A stretch of 57,181 nucleotides of DNA, filler included, from Sphacelaria rigidula (GCA_964200075.2; 4 parts of 4 records of this genome joined end to end with filler, not necessarily neighbours in it); one strand, 5' to 3'; positions 25,278-38,459 are shown, counted from the whole stretch's first letter. A program made the numbers and translations. The notes: generated from the sequence alone by a model not told the origin.

Positions 25278-26099
25278 TTGGTCAAGGAGTATTCCTACGC
25301 AAGACACGTCACCAATGGTCCTCACCTTGACTGCTGGGTGTGTTTTGGCTATTGGATTTTGAGCAGTAATGGTCCACAAGTAACGCATGGTTGACGTTTT
25401 CGTCGAGGCACATTTTGTACAGTTTTCAGTTCATAAAACACTGTTGAGCAAACGCTTAGTACCTAGATGGGTGCGTTTCCCTTGAGTTTTTTAGTCATTG
25501 TATGTTGTGGTAGTAGGTGTGCAGTCTACGAAATCCTGTAACGTCTCTGAAGCAATCCTTTTTGGTGGGCGCAGTAGCGATACTAATTACACGCTGCACC
25601 CAGGAGAGTGCAGTAAAAGTATACGTCCGAAACGGCAGTTTTGCGGTTTTCGGTGTTTTCCTCCCAGGGTACTGCTGTTCATTCAAGTCGTTGCGGTACA
25701 AATTTGCACGTCTTGGCTGTATGTATGCACATGCGCGTGACAGAAGTACCGGTCGGTGATGAGAGATCACGTCGTCGCCGCAGGGAAACATGGAGCCTCC
25801 CTCTTTGTTTCGTTCAGTGTGTGTGACCTAATTGCTGGGAGAAGAACTTCCTCTCAAAGGAAGAAAGCTGATCAGGGGGAAAGGCATTAGTTGTAGGAGA
25901 TTGGAGCCTCCCTTTTTTCCGTCCCTTGTGCACCGCGGGATAGCGTGTCGGCACCTCTTTGATTCTGATCATTTTTGGTTCATATGTCAATGTTCTTTGC
26001 ATGCACAAGTCCTAAATGAGCGTTGAGGTATCAAGGTTGAAGTGATGGACGTGTGAAAGTAGGCATGACGGAGCTTTCCATCGTCTTTTCTGGTTTGAT

Positions 26100-27060
26100 G
26101 TGATATGGACGCTCACTGGCGGAACTCTTGTCGAGGTATGTAATGCCTTCATTCTGCCCAAGAAATGTGACCTCAGTGGGGAAAGCATCAGGTGCCCTTG
26201 CTACAGTCCAGTCGTACTTGAATGACCTTCCCTACTATTGAACGGCCCGTTGACATTGATTGGCGTATATGCGGACGGACGTGTACGCACTAGTTGATGT
26301 GCTCCCAAGAAAACAAGCCGCAATAAAACGTTGCACACAGACGGGAGTCGTGCCGCGATGGTCCGCACCGCAACCAGTGCAGAAAATTTCACCCGAGAGC
26401 TGACCATATGTAGGGCATCAAGCAGGTTTAGGACTGCACATACTGCTTCATGTGACCGAAATACGCGAAAATTATCCCGAGCGTCGAAATTCCCAGCCTG
26501 CTTGTGCGCTCGCCTTCGTCATTTGACAAGGTAACTACCTGTACTGTATACCGACTATGCCGACTGCCCCTACAGGAGCCCCCACCCAATTTGACGGCAT
26601 TTGTCAATCGAAGAAATGAACCATGCAGAATATCCAGATGATGTCCGGTGATTCGAAAACACGGTTTTACTGGAAAGCACCGTGGAATGAGATGGCCTGC
26701 CCCCGCAGTATGCGTCACACTACACCAGTTACATTTTGGGCTCACCACTTCCTCAGGTCGGTCCATCGCATGGTTCCGATTCGAGTAGGCTCCCTCATGC
26801 GATTATTCTCACCATCAGACCGCCGCAGTGTGTTCCGCACACGGGTTGCATTCTGTTGAAAAACAAATATCTGGGACCCGGGGGTAGCATGCTATCGTCG
26901 CCGCAGATGAAAATTCCTCTACTTGCGCTCACAACGGACTACAAGAGTGGAAGCACGAAGTATCGCCAATTGGGCTCAAACTGCGATGTGGGGCATACCA
27001 TGAATCTTCCGTTCGGCCAGCAGACCGTCGCACTGTATTACATATGTTGATGGCACCGTG
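26100..27060 (-). pseudogene. Probable decayed Mutator-like (MULE) transposase fragment
   Basis: Minus-strand frame GQAISFHGAFQ*NRVFESPDIIWIFCMVHF (~26610-26705) resembles the MULE A...VF...CxxH signature; many stops. Confidence 0.35.
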
Positions 27061-27173
27061 TTAGAAAATAAATATTCATTGGGGGCCCGGGGGCAACATG
27101 ATATCGTCCTCGGGGTCATGTATACCTCGAATCCGGCGTAACTATATAACAAACGTCACTAAACTACGAGAGC

Positions 27174-27457
27174 GTGTGTTGTGTGTTGTCCCATTTGTTC
27201 TGGGCGCCAGTCTGCACCTTTCGGTATATTATGTGGACGCATCAGCCGGGGTCACACAGGAGGAAGGTAAACACAGGGGTTCAGCAGTCCCTTGCCCTCC
27301 TCGACCGTGAAGCTGAATTTGTGTACCCATGACATAGTCGCCCTCCACCGTTGGGCATGGTGCGAGAAGAGATCCTATATCGCTCCGGGAATTTAACCCC
27401 ACTACTCAGTCATCGCAAGGTTTCGAGGTGACCAACTGAGCCACCGGGGCGACCGGT
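27174..27457 (-). mobile_element. tRNA-derived SINE copy
   Basis: Reverse complement of the 10638-10999 family, including the head ACCGGTCGCCCCGGTGGCTCAGTTGG. Confidence 0.85.
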
Positions 27458-27644
27458 AACGAGTAGAAGTTCAAAATACCGCCAAAATAGGGTCACTACT
27501 CGATGCGGGGCATACAGTGGAACACGAACTTCTGCGCACGTTGGACAATAGTGCTAGGTGGGCTGAACACGCGACTTTATCGCCAGATCACAGTACGGCT
27601 TCACGTATGAAATCTATGCGTGTCAACCCCGGGGATCAACGGTG

Positions 27645-28049
27645 TGTTCAGGAAGCGAACAGTTTATCCATTGAACCAGTGAGCGCTCACTGATTCAATG
27701 GGTAAACTGTTCGCTTCCTGAACAAAAGATTTGCTGCGTGGTCCTTCCCGGCATGACACATCAGGGCTCCAGGACCTCTTGCCCGCCTCATTGTCCACAT
27801 TTCGAATTCCTTTCCTTCCACATTTAATCATGCTGAGTTTCCAACTCCATATCTTTTGTGCAGGAAGCGAACATTGGACCATTGAGGTACCAGTGAGCGC
27901 TCACTGGTTCGATGGGTAAACTGTTCGCTTCCTGAACAAAAAATATGCGGTTCGAATCCCGGCATGATCGATTGTGGAAGGAATGAGTTTGACATGTGGA
28001 CAGTGAGCGCTCACTGGTTCAAATGGGTAAACTGTTCGATTCCTGAACA
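27645..28049. mobile_element. 405-bp palindrome-built mini-element, TGTTCAGG...CCTGAACA termini, 5-bp TSD CGGTG
   Basis: TSD at 27640-27644 and 28050-28054; an ~80-bp palindrome centred on CAGTGAGCGCTCACTG occurs about 2.5 times. Confidence 0.8.
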
Positions 28050-28461
28050 CGGTGTTTTATCGTGATCGAAACGGTTCCCGGCTGTTAACATCAACGATTA
28101 ACCTAACCGTATAAGCACGAACGAGCCGCGCCTATAACTGCACAGCAGAAAAAGTGGTCGTTCCTCGAAACGCAAACAGGCAGCCACAGAAAAACCGCAG
28201 TCAAACGTTGAACACCATCAACAGTTGGTCATGTGCGGAAATGACGCTGTGGCGGATTTATGGGGTTACACCTCCCCCCTTCGGGGCATATGTAGCACCT
28301 TCGCGACAAACAAACAATCGCCACAACTATTTTGACACTCGAGGTCTGGCGAAGTATTCAACTATGGATTCAGCACGATGTTGCCGAGATTGACGAAAAA
28401 ACATCGCACATGATGGTGAGAGCTTGGGGTGGAATCCGACCTGAGCTGCTTTTTTTCCTGG

Positions 28462-28543
28462 AGTGTGTTGTGTGTGTGTGTGTGTGTTGTGTTGTCGTCC
28501 CATTTATTCTGGGCACCAGTCTACACCTTTCGGTGTATGTGGG
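28462..28543 (-). mobile_element. SINE tail, truncated by contig end
   Basis: GT-rich tail plus CCCATTTATTCTGGGCACCAGTCTACACCTTTCGG matching the SINE family. Confidence 0.75.
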
Positions 28544-28643
28544 NNNNNNNNNNNNNNNNNNNNNNNNNNNNNNNNNNNNNNNNNNNNTTAATTAATTAAN
28601 NNNNNNNNNNNNNNNNNNNNNNNNNNNNNNNNNNNNNNNNNNN
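28544..28643. other. Artificial contig linker
   Basis: N44-TTAATTAATTAA-N44. Confidence 0.97.
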
Positions 28644-28711
28644 ATCTGACTCGAAATTTGGAGCAACAAATGGCCCAAAATACCCCCCCCCCCCCTATCG
28701 TAGGATGACTC
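28644..28711 (-). mobile_element. TIR DNA transposon end (inverse of 14134-14222)
   Basis: CCCCCTATCGTAGGATGACTC terminus. Confidence 0.7.
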
Positions 28712-28719
28712 TAACCATT

Positions 28720-31700
28720 TCCACTTTTCATTCCTCGCGGGCTCTTGGTGTTGCTACGTCGGCGGTGGCGCCTCTCCGATAGACGGTTCTCAATGCGGCA
28801 GCCCCTCGTTTGTGGCGGAGACCCGATTGGAGTGTGTCTTTGTGTCGCCCCGCGTCCTCGAGCTCCTCTTACTTCTCATCGCCTCCAAAATTCCATTCGT
28901 GTGTGTTTTTCGCCGCAGTGATCCAATCGAGTGCGTCTTTCGCCTCCACTATGTAGACGAATCATTCCCATCGTTCCCTTTTGTGTGTAAGATACCCTCG
29001 CGAACATAGATTCTCCTGGAGGCGGTTTCTCCAGTGCTTGGAGCACCAGCCAGCTTTTGGAAGACGTGTCTCGTCCTCCTGGACAAGAACCTCTCGAACC
29101 ATAGTTGGCGCTTGCGGATGGTCGTGTTGATATGCTCGCAGTTGATCGTCTCCAGCACAGCTCTGTTGGAAAGAATTTCGTAACTAGTTCGCTCTCTCCT
29201 GGGGAATCCAACCACTCGCAGCAGAAGCTGATGGTGGGCAGTAGGCAAACTCGTGGAGCCCTCGGAACGCAGTGTCCATCTCGCACATCTGTACAGTACA
29301 GCTTCCACCTCCGCTTTAAGCAGCCAGGGTTTCAGAGGTAGCTGGGCGTCGAGCCGATCACAGAGTTGGAAGCTATACTTTCAGAAGCGTGCCCATGCAG
29401 TGGTGATGCGACAGTTGGTTTCGATGGAAATATCCGCAGCCGCGCTGATAACACCACCACGGTAGACACACGTGACCGTCTGCGTCTTTCGTTGGCGGGC
29501 CGCAGCAACTTGCTATACAGTCTCTGCGGAACTCGGTACTGACCACGGGCGCATAACCTCTGCATTGCTCTCCGGTACCGTTAATCCGAACTCCCGATCG
29601 GCCACTACTATCACTGTCATCATTCTAGCAAGCCCGTGTCTGTAGACCACGAGACTACGCGTGCGCCATACGCTTGGAACATTGCCCACAACGTGCTCCG
29701 TACCTTTTCCAGCGGTGTCTCTTCCAGTGGTTCACCATCGTCAACTTTTTGCGCAATCGTCTAGAAATACCAAACCTGAGACAATTGTCGAGTCTATCAC
29801 GAACCGCTGTACGATCACGTCGATCAAGGCTGCATCGAATGTGTTGAACAATACCCTGGAAGAAACGTATCCTGGCCTGAGTTTCCGGTAGACATGAAAC
29901 CACGCTGACATATCACCATCATCCAGCTGTACCTAAGCTCGTATGACACCGTGAGACATATGGATAACCTTTATTGTCCGCGGCGGGACAACGAACCGGG
30001 TAAGCACCTTCCACAGGAGCGTGCGGTCTACTGAGTCGAAGAGATTTTGCAGGACAATGAAACACATGTTTAGCGGGACATTGCTTGCCCGTCCCAACTC
30101 CTGTGGTCGGCGCACCATGAACTTCATGTGGGTGGTTGACTATTGACGCCGGAATCCACACTGTTCCGTCGGGAAAACCTCTCCCTCCTCGCAGCAGCTC
30201 CGGAGTCTGTCGGCTATGACTTTGGAGAGAACTTCGTCAGCATGTGCCACGAGGGAGACGCTCCTGTAGTTGCCACACTTGATTCAATCTTTGTTCTTGT
30301 GTGCCACTTCGATAGTGGCGTCGTACTACTCCTGCGACACCCACCAGGTGCCCAAATTGCAACGATGATGCTATGAGAGTGGCATACTACAGTATAGGAT
30401 CTCCGAAGGCTCCACGACCAACCCAAGCTTGAGGAAATCAGAAGGTATACCACGCGGGCGCGCCGTTTTCCCATGAGCCATACCTCTTCAGTTGGACTTG
30501 GCGGGTCTCCAAGTGACGACGCTGTCGATGGTTGCATAATGTTATCGATGACGGTTCGGCCCATGCCTACGGATGTAGCATTCAGCGGGGTGAAGAAGTA
30601 TCGTTCCTACCTCTCGCATATTGGACCTTTGTCTCGCGGTAGGTTGCCACCCTCGCCCTTGATACACTGCTCGCTCTCTACGTTTTGTCCGATCAGACTC
30701 CACCCTCCTTTCAGATGTCGGCACCATCTTCTCATGTACTGAATTCTAGTATGAACCGTCCGAAGCCCTTGCACACACATGCAGGGACTGTCCACCCCAG
30801 TGTGGAAAACGGTAACCTTTTCGACATTTCTGCACGCGATTCGCAAGGTGCGCCATGCGGGGTCATCTCTCGATCCCATTCGCAAAGTCAACCTCGCCCT
30901 GTCCCTCGTTCCCATGCCTTTTCGAACTCCGTTTGGAATGGAGCATCTTCGAGCCACGTCGGTATACGTGGCTTTCCGGTCTGACGGGGCACCACCTTCT
31001 CAGCGGAGCTCAGGAGTACATCGACGAGTTTCGCAACCGATGCACTGACTCTATCGCCAGTTCTGCTCTGCTTGAGCTCGCTGATGAGTTGGATGAGTTA
31101 CTCACGTCCATCGGTGTCAGATGTTATTGCCCGTCTGTCGATCGATTCGCACCCAGTGAGGTTCGTCATCGCCTGTTGAGTGCGATGCGACCAAGAAGCC
31201 GCACTGAGGCGCACAAGATGCTGTGATCAGAATCCGGGGCGCCGGGTGGTCGAAGGTGAACGGAGACATTGCGGGCGTGCCTAAGGCGATCTTGCCGTTC
31301 AAGGGTGTAGTCAATGCGTTTTTTGTCCGGGGAAACGGTTTGCAATGCCGATGAACGTCTGTGAAATACTTCTCGTGCCGGTGAAAAATAACCTGTTGAC
31401 CGGGGCAGGTCTGTTGCCATCCGCAATTTGTAGCAGAGAGGTGCCATTGTTGTCGTTCGCTCGAGAGTCCCGGCCGTACATCCCCACTACTTTACAGTCC
31501 TTCTCTCCTGCTCTTACCCCCGTCCTAGAGTTAGCGTCCATCAAAATAAAATCGGTTCCCAAACTTTGTGTCGAACTCGTTCTAGATCATGTCTCTCTCC
31601 TCTTGACTTCGACGTGTCGGTAGGGCCATAGGCCGACTACAAACCGGACGGCTCTCGATTCGCCTACAAGGTTGATCGTCATCGAGGTGAGGCGCTCGCA

Positions 31701-32400
31701 GGTGAGCGTAAGCCCTGAATCGATGTCGCCTCACAGACGATCGACTCCTTGACCGCCAACCCGACCCCATGCTATCTAGCCCTTCCCTTGCCACGCCAGC
31801 GAACCGCGCTCCGCCCGATTTCTTTTTCTCCTCCTACAATCCCAGAACGTCACAACCCACCATGTTACACGTTTGCGGAACCACTTCAGGGCGCCCAGCC
31901 CCGTTCTTGCCCGTGAGGGAGAGTCAAGGACGTTGCAGCTTGCCACTTTGAGCTTCCTCGTACATGACTTCGCTCTAGCCTCGTATAACTACACGCTCTA
32001 CTCTTTGTTGTGCCCTCATCTTCGGTTTGTTCCTCCTTCTAACCTCACGCGCGAAATTTCTGTTCCGGTTTTACCGTGTCACATCAATCATGGTACGCGC
32101 CTTGCGTTTTGGTCTCACGGAGATGGTGCAGCGGTCCTAGCCCGCGTTAATCGCTAGCTCCAGTCCGACGAATTTGGGAATCTTTGACAACAGATCCCAT
32201 CTCCATCGACGTGTTTTCCGTGACGGTTGCCTAACTTCGGGGTAAAACTCTGCAGCCGCGGGGTTGAGTTTGGGTTCCAGTATAGGGGAGAAGTGAGTAG
32301 CTGCAGGGTTGAGTCTGGAATTCAACACTGTTGGCATGGGTCACTGGCTAGCTTGTGTGTTGCATCACCACTGACACGATCACATTTTGTAGATCATGCT
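28720..32400 (-). mobile_element. Decayed non-LTR retrotransposon (LINE, RTE-like): APE endonuclease + reverse transcriptase
   Basis: EN motifs LKVASCNV, DVLGL*E, MDANSRTG, RIDYTL, SDHSIL; RT motif CFIVLQNLFDSVDRTLLWKVLTRFVVP; numerous frameshifts and stops. Confidence 0.88.
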
Positions 32401-32496
32401 GCCCTCTCCTACGCGTGGCTTTGTCGTTTGTTTGCTGGTTGGCGATTAGCTTTCCCCGACAAAACCATCGCCAGTCGGGCGACGGTCGGGTGGCAG

Positions 32497-32753
32497 GGTA
32501 TTCCTTGGCTCAGGCACAGGGTAATGGTTTCAAATCTTTTATTGAAGAGCACCCAAGTTCTACTATAACTTGGGAGAGTGCTGATGAGATGGTGGGTAGA
32601 TGAATGAGAATGATCAAGGGTGGCGGACTGCTCCGCTGCTCTCAGCCGTACTGTACCACAATTGCACACACTTGACTGTCGGTACTCGTACGTCACCCCG
32701 ACCCCCGGTTCTACCTAGATCCAGGATTACTGGGTATCTGAATCACTCGAACG
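32497..32753 (-). repeat. Copia 3' LTR
   Basis: Near-identical to 37826-38082. Confidence 0.9.
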
Positions 32754-35126
32754 CTCCCCCTGATCGGGTGCCTCAGCACTCAAAGCCCCCCCCCCCCCCA
32801 AAAAAAAGGGAGGAAATTCGGCCTCCCGAACAAAAAACCCTTATCACACAAACTCCACCGCTTGTGCTCAAAACAAACAGCCCTTTTTCGCGGACGCCCA
32901 GGCCAGGGCACCTGCACATAATAACGGGAAACGCCCTACAAACCAATGCCCCACAAAGTAGCGTGAGCAGCTTCACCCGATGTAAGCGCAGATGCATCAC
33001 GGAAGCCATTACCTGAAACATCTAGAACTGACAAATCGAAAGACACACACAAAACAAAAATATGTGTCTACTCGCTGTCCCCAGTTATCATCAAGGCGCG
33101 ACGGTGCCTGTTGAACAGCGTGTATGGGAGCGGCTTTGTAAAGATATCAGCGTGTTGCCATTCCGAATCCACATGTACAATCCTTACTGCTCCCGTCCTA
33201 ACCAAGTCCCTAATCAAATGCCACCTCACGTCGATATGCTTGCTACGACCTGAGCTGAGAGGGTTGTCGGCTAGAGCCTTAGCCCCCTCATTGTCCTCAT
33301 ATAGAACAATATCATACTCTACTTGTCGTCCCAACACAACCCTTGGTCATAGGACAGACAGTACCGACCTGACAAACATGCATTCCTTCGCCCCTTCAGC
33401 CACAGCTACGTACTCGGCTTCGGTAGTTGATAGGGTAACGCAGTGTTGCGTTCGACTAGTACTTGATACTGCTATCCCCCCGTACATGACCGCCACCCCG
33501 GAAACTGATCGCCGGTCTGTATCTTTCTTTGCGTAGTCAGCATCACAACAGACTGTGAGCCTACTTTCCCCTGAACTAAAAGTCAGACCATAATTTCTGG
33601 TCGTGTTGAGGTACGCCAAACCTTTCAACACTCCTCGGTAGTGTCTTTCACATGAGTCATGTGATTGTCGGGCCAGATCTCGGGTTGCATTTGCTATGAC
33701 AGGTCTGGTTACCATAGCCGACCACATCAACCCTCCCACGGCACTTCGGTATGGTCTATCTAAAACCTTGTCACCTTGCTTCACGGGTCCCAAGTCTGCA
33801 GATACTGATGCGGGAATATCAGAAAATCCCGTAACCTCGAAACAAACGCTTCAGCATGGTGTCGACAAAGGTCGTCTGATTCACGTACATGGTACCTCCT
33901 TTCCAATTCCTCTCTATGGCACCCCCCATATACCACTGAACTTCACCTAAGTTGTTCGTTGGGAATCTGTTATTCAGGATATTATATACTCTTTCCACTT
34001 TTTTCGTTTCTCCCCTTATTAGAATGTCGTCCACATGCACCACAATTATGGCACACACTTCTCCCCCTTCCTCGAGTTTGTATACACACGGGTCAGCCTT
34101 ACTTTGCGACATCCCTACATCCTCCATAGGTGTTTTGTTCAGGAGGAGGGACCATTATCTCCCTGCTTGTTTGACGCCAGATATAGATTTTTCTAGCCTA
34201 ACCGTGCTACCTGTCAATGGGTCACACCCTTCATGAACGCGTTCGTGTCCATTTTGGCTCGTACGAAAGCCTGGGTAACGTCGGAGTGATACAGTGGCCG
34301 TGCCCTCTGTACTGCCACGGCCATGACCAATTTTATTGATGTCATGGCCGGGGTGGCTGCAAACGTCTCAAAATAATCCACCGCGTATCTCTGCCCAAAC
34401 CCACGCGCCACTAAACTAGCCTTGGCTTTAATTATAGCACCATTAGCGTCGGTTTTCCAAGTGAACACCCATTTGGCTGTGATTATGTTTACTCCTTTTG
34501 AGAATGTACCTGCGGTTCATGTCCATTCAGTTCTGCACGCATGGCACTCGATCATATTTCCTTGTATTCCGACTTTTCTATGTCTTCTACTGTTACGCGG
34601 GGAGTTTCCACATCTCTCATGTGCAGACCGATGGGGGAACGCAAACCAAAACTGGGCTCCGCTTCTGTATCGTTTTCGGTCGAAAAAAATATATACTCCG
34701 CAAAAGTCTCCCCGATCAGCATGGTCGCGGTGCCTCCCACCTCTGGTCCGGCTGCTGCAGTGATCAGCTCCGTCACCCCGCACTTGTCCTCCGCTATTTC
34801 ATATAGTAAAGTTTCAGCGTGAGCCCTCGCCTGAGCCCTCGCCATCGCGCGGGAGAAAAAATCGTTTCTTTCCCACGCCAGAGTTTTCTCCAGTTCCTTT
34901 GCCGCCGATGCCAGCTCGTTCCGGTCGGCTGCCGCTCTCGTCGCACTGCGCGGGCGACCTGCCATTTGCGGAGGCAGCAACAATTCATCGTCGAGTGCAA
35001 GACGACGTAGCTCCGTCCTTGGGATTTCGGGAGCTCCACCGCCCCCCCCGTCGTTGCGCTCCGGGGTGTCTACGGTTGTCGGTGTTGTTGCTGTCAGCGT
35101 TGTCGGCGGCGTTGTTTCTGTCGGCG

Positions 35127-35325
35127 TTTGCGGCGGCGATGTTGCTGTCGGTGGCGATGTAGCTGTCGGCGGCGGTGTTGCTGTCGGCGGCGACGTGACT
35201 GTCGGCGGCGATGTGGCTGTCGGCGGCGACGTGACTGTTGGCGGCGACGTAGCTGTCGGCGGCGACGTGACTCTCGGCGGCGACGTAGCTGTCGGCGGCG
35301 ATGTGGCGGTCGGCGGCGATGTGGG
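35127..35325 (-). repeat. 18-bp coding minisatellite (PPTATS/PPTVTS)n inside Copia pol
   Basis: GGCGGCGATGTGGCTGTC-type tandem units. Confidence 0.85.
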
Positions 35326-37825
35326 GGGCGCTGATTCTCCGTCATCCATGAGATGTCGGACAGGGTTGCGTAAAATCCCGCGCCCCCCCACCGCTTCTGC
35401 AAGGAAGCGGCGAGGTCATCTCACCCCCCCCGTCAATAGCGGGGGTCTGTTGTGCCGCTTCTGCGTCCAGCTCTGGGTTGGGAAGCAAGAACGACACGTG
35501 CCGTGAACCGCGGGGTGAAGCATGCGCCACCGGAGTTTGCCGTTCCGCGGACTCGCTGCCGGTCGTCCCTCCCTCGGTCTTGTCATCCCTCGTTCCGTCG
35601 GGCGTCGGGATCGATTGTGTTCGTGTATGGGTCGATCTTGGGATGGGCTGCCGAAGTCCCTTTCCTTCCGAGCATCCTCGGCACGGTCTCAACTCGCCGC
35701 GCAGCTCCACTCCAAGCTGCTTTGCAGCCCGCCGGAGCAGGTTCTGAAGATGCGCGTGTTTGCAACGGAAATCATTCATGTCTTCAACTTGGGGGCTGGG
35801 AAGTTTCCCCGGGGCAATCACAGCGCATGCTGTCGCATTCTTGTCATGACCTTGTGGATAAATGCGTTGGGCGTACATTATCAACTGTCTGTGCTGACCG
35901 GGGATTTTCACGGTATTGCCTGACTTCAACTCGACCAGGAAGCCGTTACTAGACCCAATGTAGGTGTGACCCGCGTTGGATATCTTGGTCAGTGACAACA
36001 GATGGTGACGGACACAAGGTGTGTGGTCTACATTTCTCAAATGCAAGACTATATTGCGTCCATCAGATCGTAAAGATAGAGCCAAGTTTCCTCTTCCAAC
36101 GATCGGGTAGGTACCACCGCCCGCACACCGTAGTACCCTTCCACTGCATTTTCTATAATCCGTCATGATACTCGAATCAGGAGAAAAGTACGAAGTGGTT
36201 CCCGTGTCAAGTACCCACGGTTTGCCCCCATCTGACTGCTGTACATCCCCCTTCCCAGTTGCAAACGCATACTCGCCTGTGTTGACCTCATCTACCGTCA
36301 TGCGGAGGCTGGTGAAAGCTTCTGCATCAGCATCCGAACAGACGGAGTCGTCGTCCACCACGTGTTCCACCACGCCCATCATAACCGCCGCGTCCTCCAC
36401 AGTCACCGCGTCCTCCACAGTGCTCTGACAGTCAATCAAAGTATGTCCTCTCTTCCCGCACCTAACACAACACCTGTCTGGACAGTCTCTCGCCCGATGT
36501 GTGGTCATCTTCTGACGAACGTGGCACCTCCACGGCGTCGCAGCCCCCGACTGGCTCGTTGACGATGAAGCCGGTGACTGGTTGTTTTTGCCCTGCCCCG
36601 CATCACCTGCGCAGCCTGCGTTCTGGGTCTTTCCCGGTTTACCTTCCCGGTGTGAACCGTTAGGTTTGACGGGATGGCCCTTGACGGCAAGGGCCTGGTT
36701 GCCCGGGGAAGTCTTCTTCCCCTTGGCGAGTTCCTGCTTGAAAAAGTGCCGATTCGAAACGTTTTCGAACCGACGTCACTTCGACTTCCTTCGTGAGCGG
36801 ACCTTCGCGCTCCTCCAACTCCTGTTATTGGTAGTTATACTCGCAAGGAAGCGCACTGACAAATTTGAGGAGGGTTTGCGCCTCCGTCAGGATGATGTTG
36901 GTGCCGTGTGATTGTAACTCTCTCGCCACCTCTTCCACCTCGAATAGTTTTTGAACAGGATCATCGCGAACTCCAATCTTCACGAGATCATATTTTTCTA
37001 GAAGAGGAAATCTAGATCCGTTGGCCTTGGGGCCGTAGATATCATTTAACTCACGCCACATGGCTGCGGGAGACGGAATTCGGAACAAAACATCCCGGTC
37101 CCGCTTGTGTTCGAGACTCGCCACCAACATTTGCCTCGCTCTCACGTTTGCAGCTACAGTGCCCTTTCCGTGCCTTGCTTCAAGATAACTTAAGGATATC
37201 GCCTTGTTTCCCACCTCCACATCGTATGCCCTATCTTCTGACATAGTAAACACCCAATCAACTGCTTCGCTTCTGGCAAACATGATTAGTTCGTGACTGT
37301 AGTGGTTGAACTCTGAACTCTTCCCAGAGAACTTAGGTACAGTTGCCTTGAAAACCGGGACCCCGGAAATATTTTGGACACTTGGTCGATTGTGATCGAA
37401 CACTGCGGCGGACGCACTTGCGGGGTCTGCACCCTTTGCTCCGTCGCTTGCTGTCCTGTGGTCGCTCCCGCTTGGAGCTCCCCGCTCGCCCTCACGGTTG
37501 TGTCTTCGCCCGTGAGGTGTGCTGTGGCTGGCTGAGTTGTCAGCCTGGTGTTGTTGTGTTGCTTGATCTTCTTCCCTTTCGACGACGCCACTCCACGTCG
37601 CGCCTCCGGACTCACTATCTCCGATGCCATCTACTTTACCCTGTATTACAATTTGTGGCGATTCTACATCTCTAACCATATCTATCAATGTGCTAAACTG
37701 ACCACTGAACAGACTCATCATACTTTCATGCTGACTCGTGACTCGTGAGCCCGTCTAATCTTTCTTCTAAAGGCGGAGCGTTATCATCGTTCCTAGCCAT
37801 ACTTGCCCGATCGATTGACCACTAG

Positions 37826-38082
37826 TGTATTCCTTGGCTCAGGCACAGGGTAATGGTTTCAAATCTTTTATTGAAGAGCACCCAAGTTCTACTATAACTT
37901 GGGAGAGTGTTGATGAGATGGTGGGTAGATGAATGAGAATGATCAAGGGTGGCGGACTGCTCCGCTGCTCTCAGCCGCACTGTACCACATTTGCACGCAC
38001 TTGACTGTCGGTACTCGTACGCCACCCCGACCCCCGGTTCTACCTAGATCCAGGATTACTGGGTATCTGAATAACTCGAACA
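37826..38082 (-). repeat. Copia 5' LTR (TG...CA)
   Basis: 257 bp, TG..CA termini, adjacent PBS. Confidence 0.9.
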
Positions 38083-38459
38083 CAGGGGAGTTTATCACTA
38101 GACAACCCAGATCCATTACAGTATGTATGTTTCGTTTATGCTTGAAGATTCGTCTGTTTCTGCTCTCAGTAAAGGTACTGTAGAGAGCGAAGGATCGCGA
38201 TTTTGTCTCCATCAGTTGTATTTGGGGATACAGTGCTCGCTTGCAGCTTTGCAGAAAAAAACGCGCTCATGAAGCTTCGCTAATCGGCAAGAGTTGCGCC
38301 GCTTTCCATACATATCGTCCTCATCTGCAACTCACGTCCCGGGTCCCGAGTCTTATGCTTTCGCGATAACATCTGCTGCTGAAGTACGTCTGAGGCATAT
38401 ACTCTAACACGCTTGCATACCCTTATCGAGTATCGCATGGATCTTCCTGAACGTAGTAA

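Larger units (their letters stand above)
32497..38082 (-). mobile_element. Ty1/Copia LTR retrotransposon, decayed, integrase core deleted
   Basis: LTRs 32497-32753 and 37826-38082; TSD-like CAGG(G) on both flanks; PBS TGGTCAATCG and PPT GGGGGAG; gag 36825-37721, Zn knuckles and protease (WVLDTG) 35342-36508, RT (VHVDD) 33819-34468, RNase H (DADYA, EAEY, SKHIDVRWH) 33068-33793. Confidence 0.93.

Noticed and set aside
27645-28049. CRISPR-like repeat-spacer array
   Set aside because: Only about 2.5 long palindromic units, spacers related to each other, TSD present, no cas genes, eukaryotic context.
14134-28711. Inverted TIR ends apparently flanking the PhoD gene (Pack-transposon capturing a host gene)
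   Set aside because: The two ends are on different contigs from the gene, joined only by artificial linkers, and their flanks show no TSD.
35054-35506. Gly/Val-rich and Arg/Cys-rich ORFs on alternative frames
   Set aside because: Shadow frames of the 18-bp minisatellite in Copia pol.
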